From: an uncultured virus (IMG/VR IMGVR_UViG_3300046665_000306) | Lineage: Duplodnaviria; Heunggongvirae; Uroviricota; Caudoviricetes | Direction: 5' to 3' (one strand) | DNA length: 64,000 nucleotides | IMG/VR virus record: IMGVR_UViG_3300046665_000306 | Span: 1 to 64,000 of that record | In this document: positions 26,894 through 34,884 of the stretch, piece by piece | Numbering within the stretch: the first letter of the stretch is position 1 | How the letters are laid out: each line of letters begins with the position of its first letter | The notes under the pieces: generated by a model | Told to the model about the DNA's origin: nothing | What the model saw: only the letters and a program-made list of their open reading frames with translations | Databases searched by the model: none | Made by a program: the position numbers and the translations under genes

Positions 26894-26976
26894 GCGCCCT
26901 TGGTGGAACTGGTAGACACAAGGGACTTAAAATCCCTCGCGAAAGCATACCGGTTCGAGTCCGGTAGGGCGTACCA
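26894..26976 (+). tRNA. tRNA-Leu(TAA)
   Basis: cloverleaf, loop CTTAAAA, long variable arm, encoded CCA. Confidence 0.95.
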
Positions 26977-26986
26977 CTTTATTATG

Positions 26987-27138
26987 AAACTGTTTAGGTG
27001 GGGAATGCTGGTTATGCTGATGACCTTGTTCCTTCAAGGTCTAATGAGGAAAGAAGTAGTTTCGAAGGCGGTTGCGACTGGCAGAGAAACATAAGGATAC
27101 TTGGTTCGATTCCCCTCAGTTCCCTTCCTAAACAGTTT
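26987..27138 (+). ncRNA. unknown structured RNA with pseudoknot and T-loop-like motif
   Basis: 12-bp closing stem AAACTGTTTAGG/CCTAAACAGTTT; GACCTTG/CAAGGTC; GGTTCGATTCC. Confidence 0.65.
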
Positions 27139-27251
27139 GCAGGGACCGGTTTATGGAGAATGGCGTATCCAGCCTTATGATAAAGGTTCCGGCTTCTTTG
27201 AGGTTGTTATCTCAGGGAACGAAGATGGTTTGATTCCATCCTGCAAGTCCA
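27136..27251 (+). ncRNA. tRNA-like RNA with expanded D-domain and long anticodon-position arm
   Basis: TTTGCAG/CTGCAAG-T-CCA; T arm GATGG-TTTGATT-CCATC. Confidence 0.7.
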
Positions 27252-27270
27252 GTTTTGAATGTTAAAGTTT

Positions 27271-27419
27271 GGCTCAACCTGAATTAACAGGTACTGAACC
27301 GCTGGAACAGAGGCACGAAGCCTTGATCGAGCGGAATGGATAAAGTAAATGAAACTCACGTAGAACGCCTATATGGCAAAGTGACGCAGAGATAACATTG
27401 CTTCGGTCCAGCCTTTTTT
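27271..27419 (+). ncRNA. candidate structured RNA
   Basis: several hairpins, GGCT/AGCC closing, ends in T6; non-coding gap between RNA genes. Confidence 0.45.
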
Positions 27420-27422
27420 CTT

Positions 27423-27496
27423 GGGCCTATAGCTTAATGGTAAAGCAATCGGCTTTTAACCGATTGACCTGAGTTCAATTCTCAGTGGGCCTACCA
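27423..27496 (+). tRNA. tRNA-Lys(TTT)
   Basis: cloverleaf, loop CTTTTAA, encoded CCA. Confidence 0.95.
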
Positions 27497-27524
27497 CATT
27501 TAATTTAGAAACTTTGATTATATA

Positions 27525-28082
27525 ATGACTAAAGAAAAATTAAGAAAATTAAATGGTTATGTTCTGAGATACGAACCAGATTATCCTAAATCTTTTACTA
27601 GTGGAGAAGCCGGTAGAAACGGGCATGAAGGATATGTTTATGAACATATTTATGTTATGGAAAAAGAGTTGGGGCGCGTTTTAGTAAGTGATGAAGAGGT
27701 ACATCATCTCGATTTTAACAGGTCCAATAACACTCCTTCAAATTTAATTGTATTAAGTTCTTCACATCATAGTAGATTACATAGATATTTAGAATCTATT
27801 GGTTTACAGGAAGAAAGTGCAGAACATAAGGATAGAATTTATACTTATATACCACGATGTGTTGTTTGTCTATACCCATTGCAAGATAAACAAAAACAAA
27901 CGTGCAGTTTGATTTGCCGGTCAGAAAGCTCCAACTTAAACAAGCCAGATAAGATAACTTTGGAAGAGGAATTAAAATACAATTCCATGGTTGCTTTATC
28001 CAAGAAATATGGTATGAGTGATAATGGGTTGAAGAAATACGCGAAGAGGATGGGCATTCAATTTCCTCTCAAGCGGAACTAA
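27525..28082 (+). CDS. HNH homing-type endonuclease with Zn-finger and C-terminal HTH
   Basis: YVYEH...EEVHHLDFNRSNNTPSNL; CxxC..CSxxC; AT-rich. Confidence 0.85.
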   Translation: MTKEKLRKLNGYVLRYEPDYPKSFTSGEAGRNGHEGYVYEHIYVMEKELGRVLVSDEEVHHLDFNRSNNTPSNLIVLSSSHHSRLHRYLESIGLQEESAEHKDRIYTYIPRCVVCLYPLQDKQKQTCSLICRSESSNLNKPDKITLEEELKYNSMVALSKKYGMSDNGLKKYAKRMGIQFPLKRN

Positions 28083-28090
28083 TTAAAAGT

Positions 28091-28210
28091 TTGCGTAGAT
28101 CGAAAGCGTTACCGATTCTTGGTTGTTGTTTTATAGAACCGGTAATTAATTCAGGAAGACTGCCTTAGCGGGTAGGAGGACTCAAGAGTAACAACCTGAG
28201 AGTCGCGCAA
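28091..28210 (+). ncRNA. unknown multibranched RNA with loop-loop pseudoknot
   Basis: TTGCGT/GCGCAA closing; GGTTGTTGTT complementary to AGTAACAACC. Confidence 0.6.
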
Positions 28211-28217
28211 TTCATAC

Positions 28218-28387
28218 GTGCTGTCTAATCAACAGCTAGTCGGAGGGTGGCACTTCGATGAATAGAAGTCGCTGTGATGGTGACAACCAAATCGCTCCTG
28301 TATCCGGGTAGGATCGTGGTGTGCCCGCGTAGGCTAAACATCGTGGAGGAGCTTGTAAAGTTCTGTTGAAGCGGGATTAGCCAGCAC
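28218..28387 (+). ncRNA. unknown multibranched RNA
   Basis: GTGCTG.CTAATC/GATTAG.CAGCAC closing stem; several internal hairpins. Confidence 0.6.
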
Positions 28388-28409
28388 TTAAATTTAAGAG
28401 GGTCTTGGT

Positions 28410-28670
28410 ATGATTATTAAACTGCTTGAAGAAAATTGGGATAAAATACTGCAAATCGGTGTAGAAGCAGAGCAGAGGATGAAGGCTTATATGGCTGGTA
28501 ATGTCATCTTTGAAGGGGTAACTCTTAAAGGCAAGAACCGAATCAACGAACACGGCGCGTGCTGGAAAGTTGTTGACACGCGAGACGGAAAAGTGCTATT
28601 CGAGGCTCTTAATACTGGATACCTGAAGTGGGGTCCAGAGCCAGATTTTAGGATCGTAGAGAGGGATTAG
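28410..28670 (+). CDS. hypothetical protein
   Basis: 86-aa ORF; LKGKNRINEHG. Confidence 0.7.
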   Translation: MIIKLLEENWDKILQIGVEAEQRMKAYMAGNVIFEGVTLKGKNRINEHGACWKVVDTRDGKVLFEALNTGYLKWGPEPDFRIVERD

Positions 28671-28674
28671 CATC

Positions 28675-28875
28675 ATGGGTGAGACCATTCTTATATATGA
28701 TGAGCGTTACGAAAGCGGGCCAAGATTTATTGGTTCGTTCAGGAACGTGCCAGAGGATTGGACCGCGAAAGAAACGCTGGTCCGTTACGGGATAGGTGAG
28801 CATCTGTGCGTGTATCGCGACAACTTCGTACCTAAGAATTGTATTCATCACGGAAAAAGATTTAGATCGGATTAA
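28675..28875 (+). CDS. hypothetical protein
   Basis: 66-aa ORF in operon. Confidence 0.6.
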   Translation: MGETILIYDERYESGPRFIGSFRNVPEDWTAKETLVRYGIGEHLCVYRDNFVPKNCIHHGKRFRSD

Positions 28876-28876
28876 T

Positions 28877-29086
28877 ATGAAAGATCAGTTTGGTTATACT
28901 CCCAATACGGGAGAAAGTTATCCACCATATTTTAATATTACTAAAGTTGATGGTGGGTATCGTGTGATAGTCAGGCGTAAAGCCGTTTGGGATGGTGATC
29001 TTTGTCTTCCCATGGGTGGTAATATTGTGGAAGAAACCTTCCCTGAAGATTTCATTGAGAAACTGAAAGAGTTTGTCAATGGCTAA
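28877..29086 (+). CDS. hypothetical protein
   Basis: ATG right after upstream stop. Confidence 0.65.
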   Translation: MKDQFGYTPNTGESYPPYFNITKVDGGYRVIVRRKAVWDGDLCLPMGGNIVEETFPEDFIEKLKEFVNG

Positions 29087-29405
29087 AAAGGTTGGAAATT
29101 ATAAAATTCCGTTTGATGAAATTGGGAATCAGTTACACTATCCCGGTTGGCATTGGTTTGACGGCAAGCGTTTCGAATGTGAGATGCGTGATAATCACGC
29201 CTTTGAAGATACAATAATCTTTGATTCTATGGAGCGTGGTCGGAGCGCTGCATATTTCTATTTTAAGCGATCCACAGGTGAAAGACTTGTTGTCTTCATG
29301 AAAGATTTATGCGATATGATGCCTCACGTTGTCAATGGCACAGTGACTGGCACGTTCACTTTCGTTAAGCGTGGTGCTAATTTTGGCACGGCATTAATCA
29401 GTTAA
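29079..29405 (+). CDS. hypothetical phage protein
   Basis: RGRSAAYFYF..FTFVKRGANFG motif. Confidence 0.75.
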   Translation: MAKKVGNYKIPFDEIGNQLHYPGWHWFDGKRFECEMRDNHAFEDTIIFDSMERGRSAAYFYFKRSTGERLVVFMKDLCDMMPHVVNGTVTGTFTFVKRGANFGTALIS

Positions 29406-29412
29406 AAGTTAA

Positions 29413-29487
29413 GGCTCCTTAGCTCAGTGGAAGAGCAGCGGTCTTCTAAACCGCAGGTCGCTGGTTTGAATCCAGCAGGAGTCGCCA
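29413..29487 (+). tRNA. tRNA-Arg(TCT)
   Basis: cloverleaf, loop CTTCTAA, T-loop variant TTTGAAT, CCA. Confidence 0.9.
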
Positions 29488-29492
29488 AATTC

Positions 29493-29569
29493 AGCCGTGT
29501 AGCTTAGCGGTCCAAAGCCGTCGGCTCATAACCGATTGATCCTGTGTTCGAATCACAGCATGGCTACCA
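29493..29569 (+). tRNA. tRNA with CAT anticodon (Met or Ile2)
   Basis: cloverleaf, loop CTCATAA, CCA; paired 1:72 argues against initiator. Confidence 0.9.
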
Positions 29570-29586
29570 AATTCAAAGGAGATGTA

Positions 29587-29787
29587 ATGATTAAGATGTT
29601 GAAAGATATTTACCATTGCGCTATCATTGGTAAGTGGAATGGAAATCTTATTGATTGTGAGAGTGGGAAAATCCATGAAACGGTTAGGAATTCCATTAGC
29701 ACTCTAGCAACTATTGTCTGTGCTCCTAACGCTTCTAAAGAACATAAGCAGTGGGCCAAAGATAAGATCGAGGAGCTTCTGTCATGA
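29587..29787 (+). CDS. hypothetical protein
   Basis: SD AAAGGAG. Confidence 0.65.
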   Translation: MIKMLKDIYHCAIIGKWNGNLIDCESGKIHETVRNSISTLATIVCAPNASKEHKQWAKDKIEELLS

Positions 29788-29999
29788 ATTTATTCACGAA
29801 TACACAGGTTGCTGAAATTATCGGTTGGGACGATGCAGATATGGAACTGGATGATTCTTTTACACGTATTGCTGTGGGAGATTCAGCTGGGAATTTCCTC
29901 TTGTCTAATGCTGATGAGATTCAAGTCTGCGCCGGTACGTGGGTCAGATTGAATGCTGATTTGTGGTACTTTCAAAATGATCCTGAGTGGGATGCATGA
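29784..29999 (+). CDS. hypothetical protein
   Basis: SD GAGGAG, ATGA coupling. Confidence 0.65.
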   Translation: MNLFTNTQVAEIIGWDDADMELDDSFTRIAVGDSAGNFLLSNADEIQVCAGTWVRLNADLWYFQNDPEWDA

Positions 30000-30193
30000 G
30001 TAAATCTTGCTATAGTTGTCGGCATTGGTATCCGGTTGTCGGGTACGCCCTTGGTCATTGTGAGAAGTCAGGCCTGAAGCTCTGGATCGATAATGATTAT
30101 AAAATGCTTCGCCGCGAGGCTTGTTCAAGATCGAATGAGACATGCGAAGAATTTGTTAAATCGACGCGAAAAAGGTTTGACACGGATTATTAA
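29996..30193 (+). CDS. small Cys-rich protein
   Basis: CxxC..C..C; ATGA coupling. Confidence 0.6.
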   Translation: MSKSCYSCRHWYPVVGYALGHCEKSGLKLWIDNDYKMLRREACSRSNETCEEFVKSTRKRFDTDY

Positions 30194-30237
30194 TTCGTTT
30201 ATCTAGGTCAGCATTGTAATAAAAGGAGATAGATTAC

Positions 30238-32238
30238 ATGACAACAGATTTCAGACCATTCGCAAAGGCTATTCGTGCCAATTTCGATGAGCTTTCGAAG
30301 CGTGAGCTTTACACCGTCAATATTTCAGGTGACGAACTGTGGGATTTTTATCTCGATTCATTTCCGGCTGGTACGAACGAAATGTTTCGCCAGCGCCGCG
30401 AGTATGACTGCTCGTGCTGCAAAAATTTCATGCGCAACGTGGCTAACGTTGTTGCTATCGTTGACAATCAGCTTGTCTCGGTTTGGGACATTGCTGATGC
30501 GGGTCATCCGTTCAACGTGGTATGCGAAGCTCTTTCTGAGAAGGTTAAGAGCCTCGGTGTTTCTAACGTTTTCCGCACCAAGGAGAATTCTTTTGGTGCC
30601 GAAATGACGCGGGAATTTGGTGACGGAACAAACATCAACTGGAACCATTTCAACACTAAGATTGCTTCCAAGCATATCTGCGCCGAAGTGGCAACGATCA
30701 AGGGCAAGAAGGCTACGGCGGCTCAGGTCTTCCGTCGCGCTCTGGAAGAGCTTGATAATCGTGCCGTGACAACGGTGCAGGAATTGATCAAGGATGATCT
30801 GCTGTATCGAGGAATGGAGCACAAGGCGGCTGTGGATGCATTCGCTAAGGTTCAGCGTGAGTACAACAAGCTCAATTCTGATGAGGCGCGCAGCATCTTC
30901 ATTTGGGCTAATATCGATAGCTTTGTTGCTGGTTTCCGCAACACGGTAATCGGAACATTGGTGCAGGACTTGACCGAAGGCAAGGATTTGGAAAAGGCTG
31001 TTAGCTCTTTCGAGACAAAGATGGCGGGTGACAATTACAAGCGATCCAAGACTCTCATCACGCCAAGCATGATTAAGGACGCGATGAAGACAATCGAGGC
31101 TCTTAACCTTGAAACGGCCTTGGAACGTCGATTTGCTCGAATTGGTGACGTTACTGTAAATAATGTTCTTTGGGTCGATAACTCTGTCAAGGGAAAGATG
31201 AAGGGTGGTATCGAATCGCTTCTCATGGAAGCTGCTGTGACAAAGGCTCCGAACGTTGATAGGGCTGAGAACATCGGTATCGAAGCATTTATGGCTGACG
31301 TGGTGCCGAAGGCAAAGTCGATTGAAGCTCTGGTCAAGAATGCTTTTGCCGGTAATTTCATGAGCCTTACCGCTCCGGTTCACGATGATGTGGAGCAGCT
31401 TTTCAAGTGGAATAACAACTTCGGTTGGAGCTATGACGGCGATATTGCTGACTCTGATATCAAGATGCGGGTATCTAAGGCTGGTGGTAACGTCACTAAC
31501 GCTGTGCTTCGTATCAGCTTGGCTTGGTTCAACTTTGACGATCTGGATATCCATGTCTTTGAGCCTAGTGGAAGACAGATTTCTTTCCGTAACAAGGATG
31601 GAAAACTTGACGTTGATATGAATGCTGGAGGCTCTAATACGCGCCAGCCGGTTGAGAACGTTAGCTACACAAAAGCTAATATTCAAAATGGTGTTTACAC
31701 TGTCAAGATCAATCAGTTTCGTGTTCGCGAAGACAAAGATTTTGGTTTTGATCTTGAAGTTGAAAACAATGGTTCGATCCATAATTTCAACTATACCAAG
31801 CGTGTCACTGGTACGGTTAATGCGTTGAGGATCACGGTCAAGGATGGCGTTGTCGTAAATATTGAGGCTGGTGCTGGTATTACTGGTGGTATGACGCCGC
31901 AGGAAAAGTGGGGTGTTAAGACTGAAACTTTGGTGCCTGTCGATACTATCATTCTCAGCCCTAACTATTGGGATGATAATGCAACAGGTAACAAGCATTG
32001 GTTCTTTATTCTGAAGAACTGCTTGAATCCTGAACCGACTCGTGGTATTTATAATGAATTCCTACGGTCAGGTCTGGAACAACATCGGAAGGTGTTCGAA
32101 GTGCTCGGATCAAAGACCAAGTGCGAATCATCTGATGATCAGCTGAGTGGTATTGGTTTCAGTTCCACGAAGCGCGCCGAACTGCCTGTACTGGTCAAGG
32201 CTTCTACGGGTCAGAAACTTTACAACATTAACTTTTAA
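30238..32238 (+). CDS. large phage protein with CSCC motif and YfaP/DUF2135-like domain
   Basis: YDCSCCKNF; LRISLAW..DDLDIHV.EP..LDVDMNAGG..PVENV. Confidence 0.75.
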   Translation: MTTDFRPFAKAIRANFDELSKRELYTVNISGDELWDFYLDSFPAGTNEMFRQRREYDCSCCKNFMRNVANVVAIVDNQLVSVWDIADAGHPFNVVCEALSEKVKSLGVSNVFRTKENSFGAEMTREFGDGTNINWNHFNTKIASKHICAEVATIKGKKATAAQVFRRALEELDNRAVTTVQELIKDDLLYRGMEHKAAVDAFAKVQREYNKLNSDEARSIFIWANIDSFVAGFRNTVIGTLVQDLTEGKDLEKAVSSFETKMAGDNYKRSKTLITPSMIKDAMKTIEALNLETALERRFARIGDVTVNNVLWVDNSVKGKMKGGIESLLMEAAVTKAPNVDRAENIGIEAFMADVVPKAKSIEALVKNAFAGNFMSLTAPVHDDVEQLFKWNNNFGWSYDGDIADSDIKMRVSKAGGNVTNAVLRISLAWFNFDDLDIHVFEPSGRQISFRNKDGKLDVDMNAGGSNTRQPVENVSYTKANIQNGVYTVKINQFRVREDKDFGFDLEVENNGSIHNFNYTKRVTGTVNALRITVKDGVVVNIEAGAGITGGMTPQEKWGVKTETLVPVDTIILSPNYWDDNATGNKHWFFILKNCLNPEPTRGIYNEFLRSGLEQHRKVFEVLGSKTKCESSDDQLSGIGFSSTKRAELPVLVKASTGQKLYNINF

Positions 32239-32281
32239 CACTCGTTCTCAACTAAGATTGAAATCACAAAGGAGAAAATAT

Positions 32282-32689
32282 ATGACTGACATTAACATTT
32301 TTGAATTCGCTACACGTGAAAAGCTTCGTTTCGACTCTTCCGTTGGTTCGCTCACGGTGGAGCAGCTTTGGGACTTGCCGCTGACTTCGATCGGTTCTAA
32401 GGCTAATCTGAATGCCGTTGGTATTCAGTTCGTCAAGGCTCTGAAGTCTGTCAATGAAGACTCTCTGGTCAATCCGGCTCCGACTGGTGCACAGAAGGTG
32501 TTCCAGATTCAGCTTGATATCGTGAAGCACATCATTGCTGTGAAGCAGGAAGAAGAGGCGGCAAAGAAGGAAGCTGCTGAGAAGAAGGTCCGGAAGGCTA
32601 AGTTGCAGGAAGCCTTGGCTCGTAAGGAAGATTCTGCGCTGGAAGAAATGACTCCGGCTGAACTTAAGAAGATGATCGCAGAGCTTTGA
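32282..32689 (+). CDS. coiled-coil protein, probable partner of upstream gene
   Basis: IFEFATREKLRF...VEQLWDLPL; SD AAAGGAG. Confidence 0.75.
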   Translation: MTDINIFEFATREKLRFDSSVGSLTVEQLWDLPLTSIGSKANLNAVGIQFVKALKSVNEDSLVNPAPTGAQKVFQIQLDIVKHIIAVKQEEEAAKKEAAEKKVRKAKLQEALARKEDSALEEMTPAELKKMIAEL

Positions 32690-33021
32690 TTACCAGTTCA
32701 GAGATAGCGGTTTACATGGTTTCCGGGGGCGCTGTAGCCCTCGGATTTCTTGCATGTGTGTGGCAAAGGTTTTGGCCAGAAAGGATTAACATGGCAGAAG
32801 AAAGTCGATACTACTGCTACGAAGTTCGGATAAGCGTGCAGTCACCGGATGATAAATTAGAACGCTTAATTCTGACGTTCTTGGTAGACGATTTCCAAGA
32901 GATTGAGGCTTTGGAAGAGCAGTCACAGAAATCCCAAGCGAAATTCTTAGTGGAGGGATATACGCTGAAGGCTATTCGCACCTCAGATGATATTCTTGCT
33001 TTGGTAGGCGAACTACATTGA
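32686..33021 (+). CDS. hypothetical protein with N-terminal TM (start uncertain)
   Basis: TTGA coupling. Confidence 0.55.
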   Translation: MITSSEIAVYMVSGGAVALGFLACVWQRFWPERINMAEESRYYCYEVRISVQSPDDKLERLILTFLVDDFQEIEALEEQSQKSQAKFLVEGYTLKAIRTSDDILALVGELH

Positions 33022-33176
33022 ATAACAAAAAGGCCTTCAGGATTTGGTTTCTGAAGGCCTTTTCTATTATAGTTCTTTTTAGATTTTAGGATTTTAATCC
33101 TAAATTGTGGTTGCTCTAACTCGCGCGCCATAGGGCTTCGCTTAGCTGGTAGCTCTTTCTGCTTGGGCTTGCTCAT
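32817..33176 (-). CDS. ArfA-like small basic protein, ORF cut by internal terminator
   Basis: SPMARELEQPQFRIKILKSKKNYNRKG resembles ArfA P.FR....K.KK..Y.RKG; SD AGAGG. Confidence 0.55.
   Translation of the reverse strand: MSKPKQKELPAKRSPMARELEQPQFRIKILKSKKNYNRKGLQKPNPEGLFVIQCSSPTKARISSEVRIAFSVYPSTKNFAWDFCDCSSKASISWKSSTKNVRIKRSNLSSGDCTLIRTS
33027..33063. terminator. bidirectional intrinsic terminator
   Basis: AAAAAGGCCTTCAG...CTGAAGGCCTTTT between convergent blocks. Confidence 0.85.
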
Positions 33177-34884
33177 CTTTCATCCTCTTCTCTCTTATCT
33201 TTCTCTTCTCTTCCATTTCCTTTTCGATGGCACGTTCTACCATACCTTGTTTGACTTCGCTAGAGGGTGAAGAGCCAGAACCATGAAGTTTTTTAGTTCC
33301 AACTTTTCTGGTTCGGCCTCTGGCCCACTCTAAATATTGACTGGTACTATCGACCATGTCGTCATTCTTGCCATATGGAAACGCCATTAGTTCGCGTTCA
33401 TACTCGGCCAGCCACGTAGCTGATTCGGGGAGATAAACCAAGCCAGCTTCGAAGGATGGAGCGACGGCATCGAACCTGAATTCTTTAGAGTTATTGTTTG
33501 TGCTAATTGGGATGATCGGGATGTTAGTTTTACCGGCTCTGGTTTGCACGTACTGAGTGCCCGAACCTTTATCTTCGATCAGAATGCACGAAACGTTCCA
33601 ACGTTCCGCAGTCTCATCAATGAGTTTGCACATCTCGGGGAATTCAACTTTTGCTCTAACACAATCTAAGAGATAATGCAAGCCAAATTCTGTTTCCATC
33701 CAAACAGTGAGTGCGGTAAAGTCGTGACGTTCTTGAGCCTTCTGCGCCGTATCGACTGAGAGAGTGATGCGTCGAATTTTGATTTCAGGGTTTTTCCTTA
33801 CATCGCCTTTATAACGTTGGAACCAATCTGATTTAAGTAGAACGCCTTCAGCGTCAACCGGGACGCCTTGCATCATAGAGCCCCACATTGCTCCTGTGAG
33901 TGTGGCGCGCTTATTTAGGTAATCCTGATGGTAAAAGTCCCACAACGGCATGTCAGGCTCTGTGCGGCCCATAGGATCGTCTTCATCACCAAGCTCGGAT
34001 AAAGCTTTTAGATTGATAATCTCGTAAGGGATAATGCTTCCCTTTTTACCTTCAACTTCTAGCCTGCCAATCATGTCGTCAGAGTTATAACGAGTGTTGA
34101 CGAGAACAATAGGAGCGCGGGGCAAGAGTCGGGTCTGGAAGTCAGATAGGAACCACGAATAAGCGTCGTCTCTGACTTTAGGATTTTGAGCTTCTAAGTA
34201 ACTTGCATAAAGGTCATCGATGCAACCCATGTTGGCGCGGATACCCATGATACCAGCGCCGACGCCTTTAGCGACATATTCGGATTTATTGGTCAGAGCC
34301 CAACGATCACCGGCTCTCATGTCGGCTTGGAGCGCTACGTCGCCAAACACGTCTTTGAAAGCATCACTGTTGACATAGGCTTTAGTTTTCTTGCCTAGTT
34401 CATTCGTGGCGAACGCAGCGGCATAGCTAGCCTGAAGCCATTTAGTCTTTCTACGACCCATGCACCAAACGGCAAAGCGGCGGGAAGAGTATTCACTCTT
34501 TCCACCACCGGCAGGAACGCTAAGTGCTAATCGAGGGATGTTCCCGTTCTCAACATTTTCCAGCTTTTCGCAGATGAAATGATGGTGAGGAGCGGGTGGC
34601 TCATCCATGTTCAAGTATTCAGCAAAACATGAATAACTACTAAACGCTGCGCCGCGAAGCTTTTCTTTGTATTCGTCTTCGTAATGCTCAAGAACTTGTT
34701 GTACACCTTGAAGCTGATTTTCAGGAACTGCTGTCTTCGTCAGGTTCACTATTGCTGATGACAAGTGTGTCGGAATCGGGGATTTCAATCGCAAATGGTC
34801 TTGGAGAGCTTCTTCCATCGTGCGAAGATTCTTTATTGATGACCTGTATATTAATCTGTCGTTCCAACTGAGGTAGTTTGTCAT
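33142..34884 (-). CDS. terL: terminase large subunit (start uncertain)
   Basis: Walker A PAGGGKSE, Walker B GCIDD, nuclease LSVDTA..DFTA..NDDMVD. Confidence 0.92.
   Translation of the reverse strand: MTNYLSWNDRLIYRSSIKNLRTMEEALQDHLRLKSPIPTHLSSAIVNLTKTAVPENQLQGVQQVLEHYEDEYKEKLRGAAFSSYSCFAEYLNMDEPPAPHHHFICEKLENVENGNIPRLALSVPAGGGKSEYSSRRFAVWCMGRRKTKWLQASYAAAFATNELGKKTKAYVNSDAFKDVFGDVALQADMRAGDRWALTNKSEYVAKGVGAGIMGIRANMGCIDDLYASYLEAQNPKVRDDAYSWFLSDFQTRLLPRAPIVLVNTRYNSDDMIGRLEVEGKKGSIIPYEIINLKALSELGDEDDPMGRTEPDMPLWDFYHQDYLNKRATLTGAMWGSMMQGVPVDAEGVLLKSDWFQRYKGDVRKNPEIKIRRITLSVDTAQKAQERHDFTALTVWMETEFGLHYLLDCVRAKVEFPEMCKLIDETAERWNVSCILIEDKGSGTQYVQTRAGKTNIPIIPISTNNNSKEFRFDAVAPSFEAGLVYLPESATWLAEYERELMAFPYGKNDDMVDSTSQYLEWARGRTRKVGTKKLHGSGSSPSSEVKQGMVERAIEKEMEEKRKIREKRMKDEQAQAERATS

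Noticed and set aside
27012..27094. Hammerhead ribozyme (CTGATGA...GAAA)
   Set aside because: Both motifs abut the same helix, leaving no stem I/III junction or NUH site, and stem II has no closing pair.
26900..27180. Short ORFs over tRNA-Leu and adjacent RNA
   Set aside because: They overlap clear RNA structures.
28218..28387. RNase P, SRP or 6S RNA
   Set aside because: No GAGGAAAGUCC P4 motif, no SRP GGAA domain IV, and the fold is branched rather than rod-like.
30358..31998. 546-aa minus-strand ORF
   Set aside because: Antisense shadow of the 666-aa gene, explained by codon bias; no motifs.
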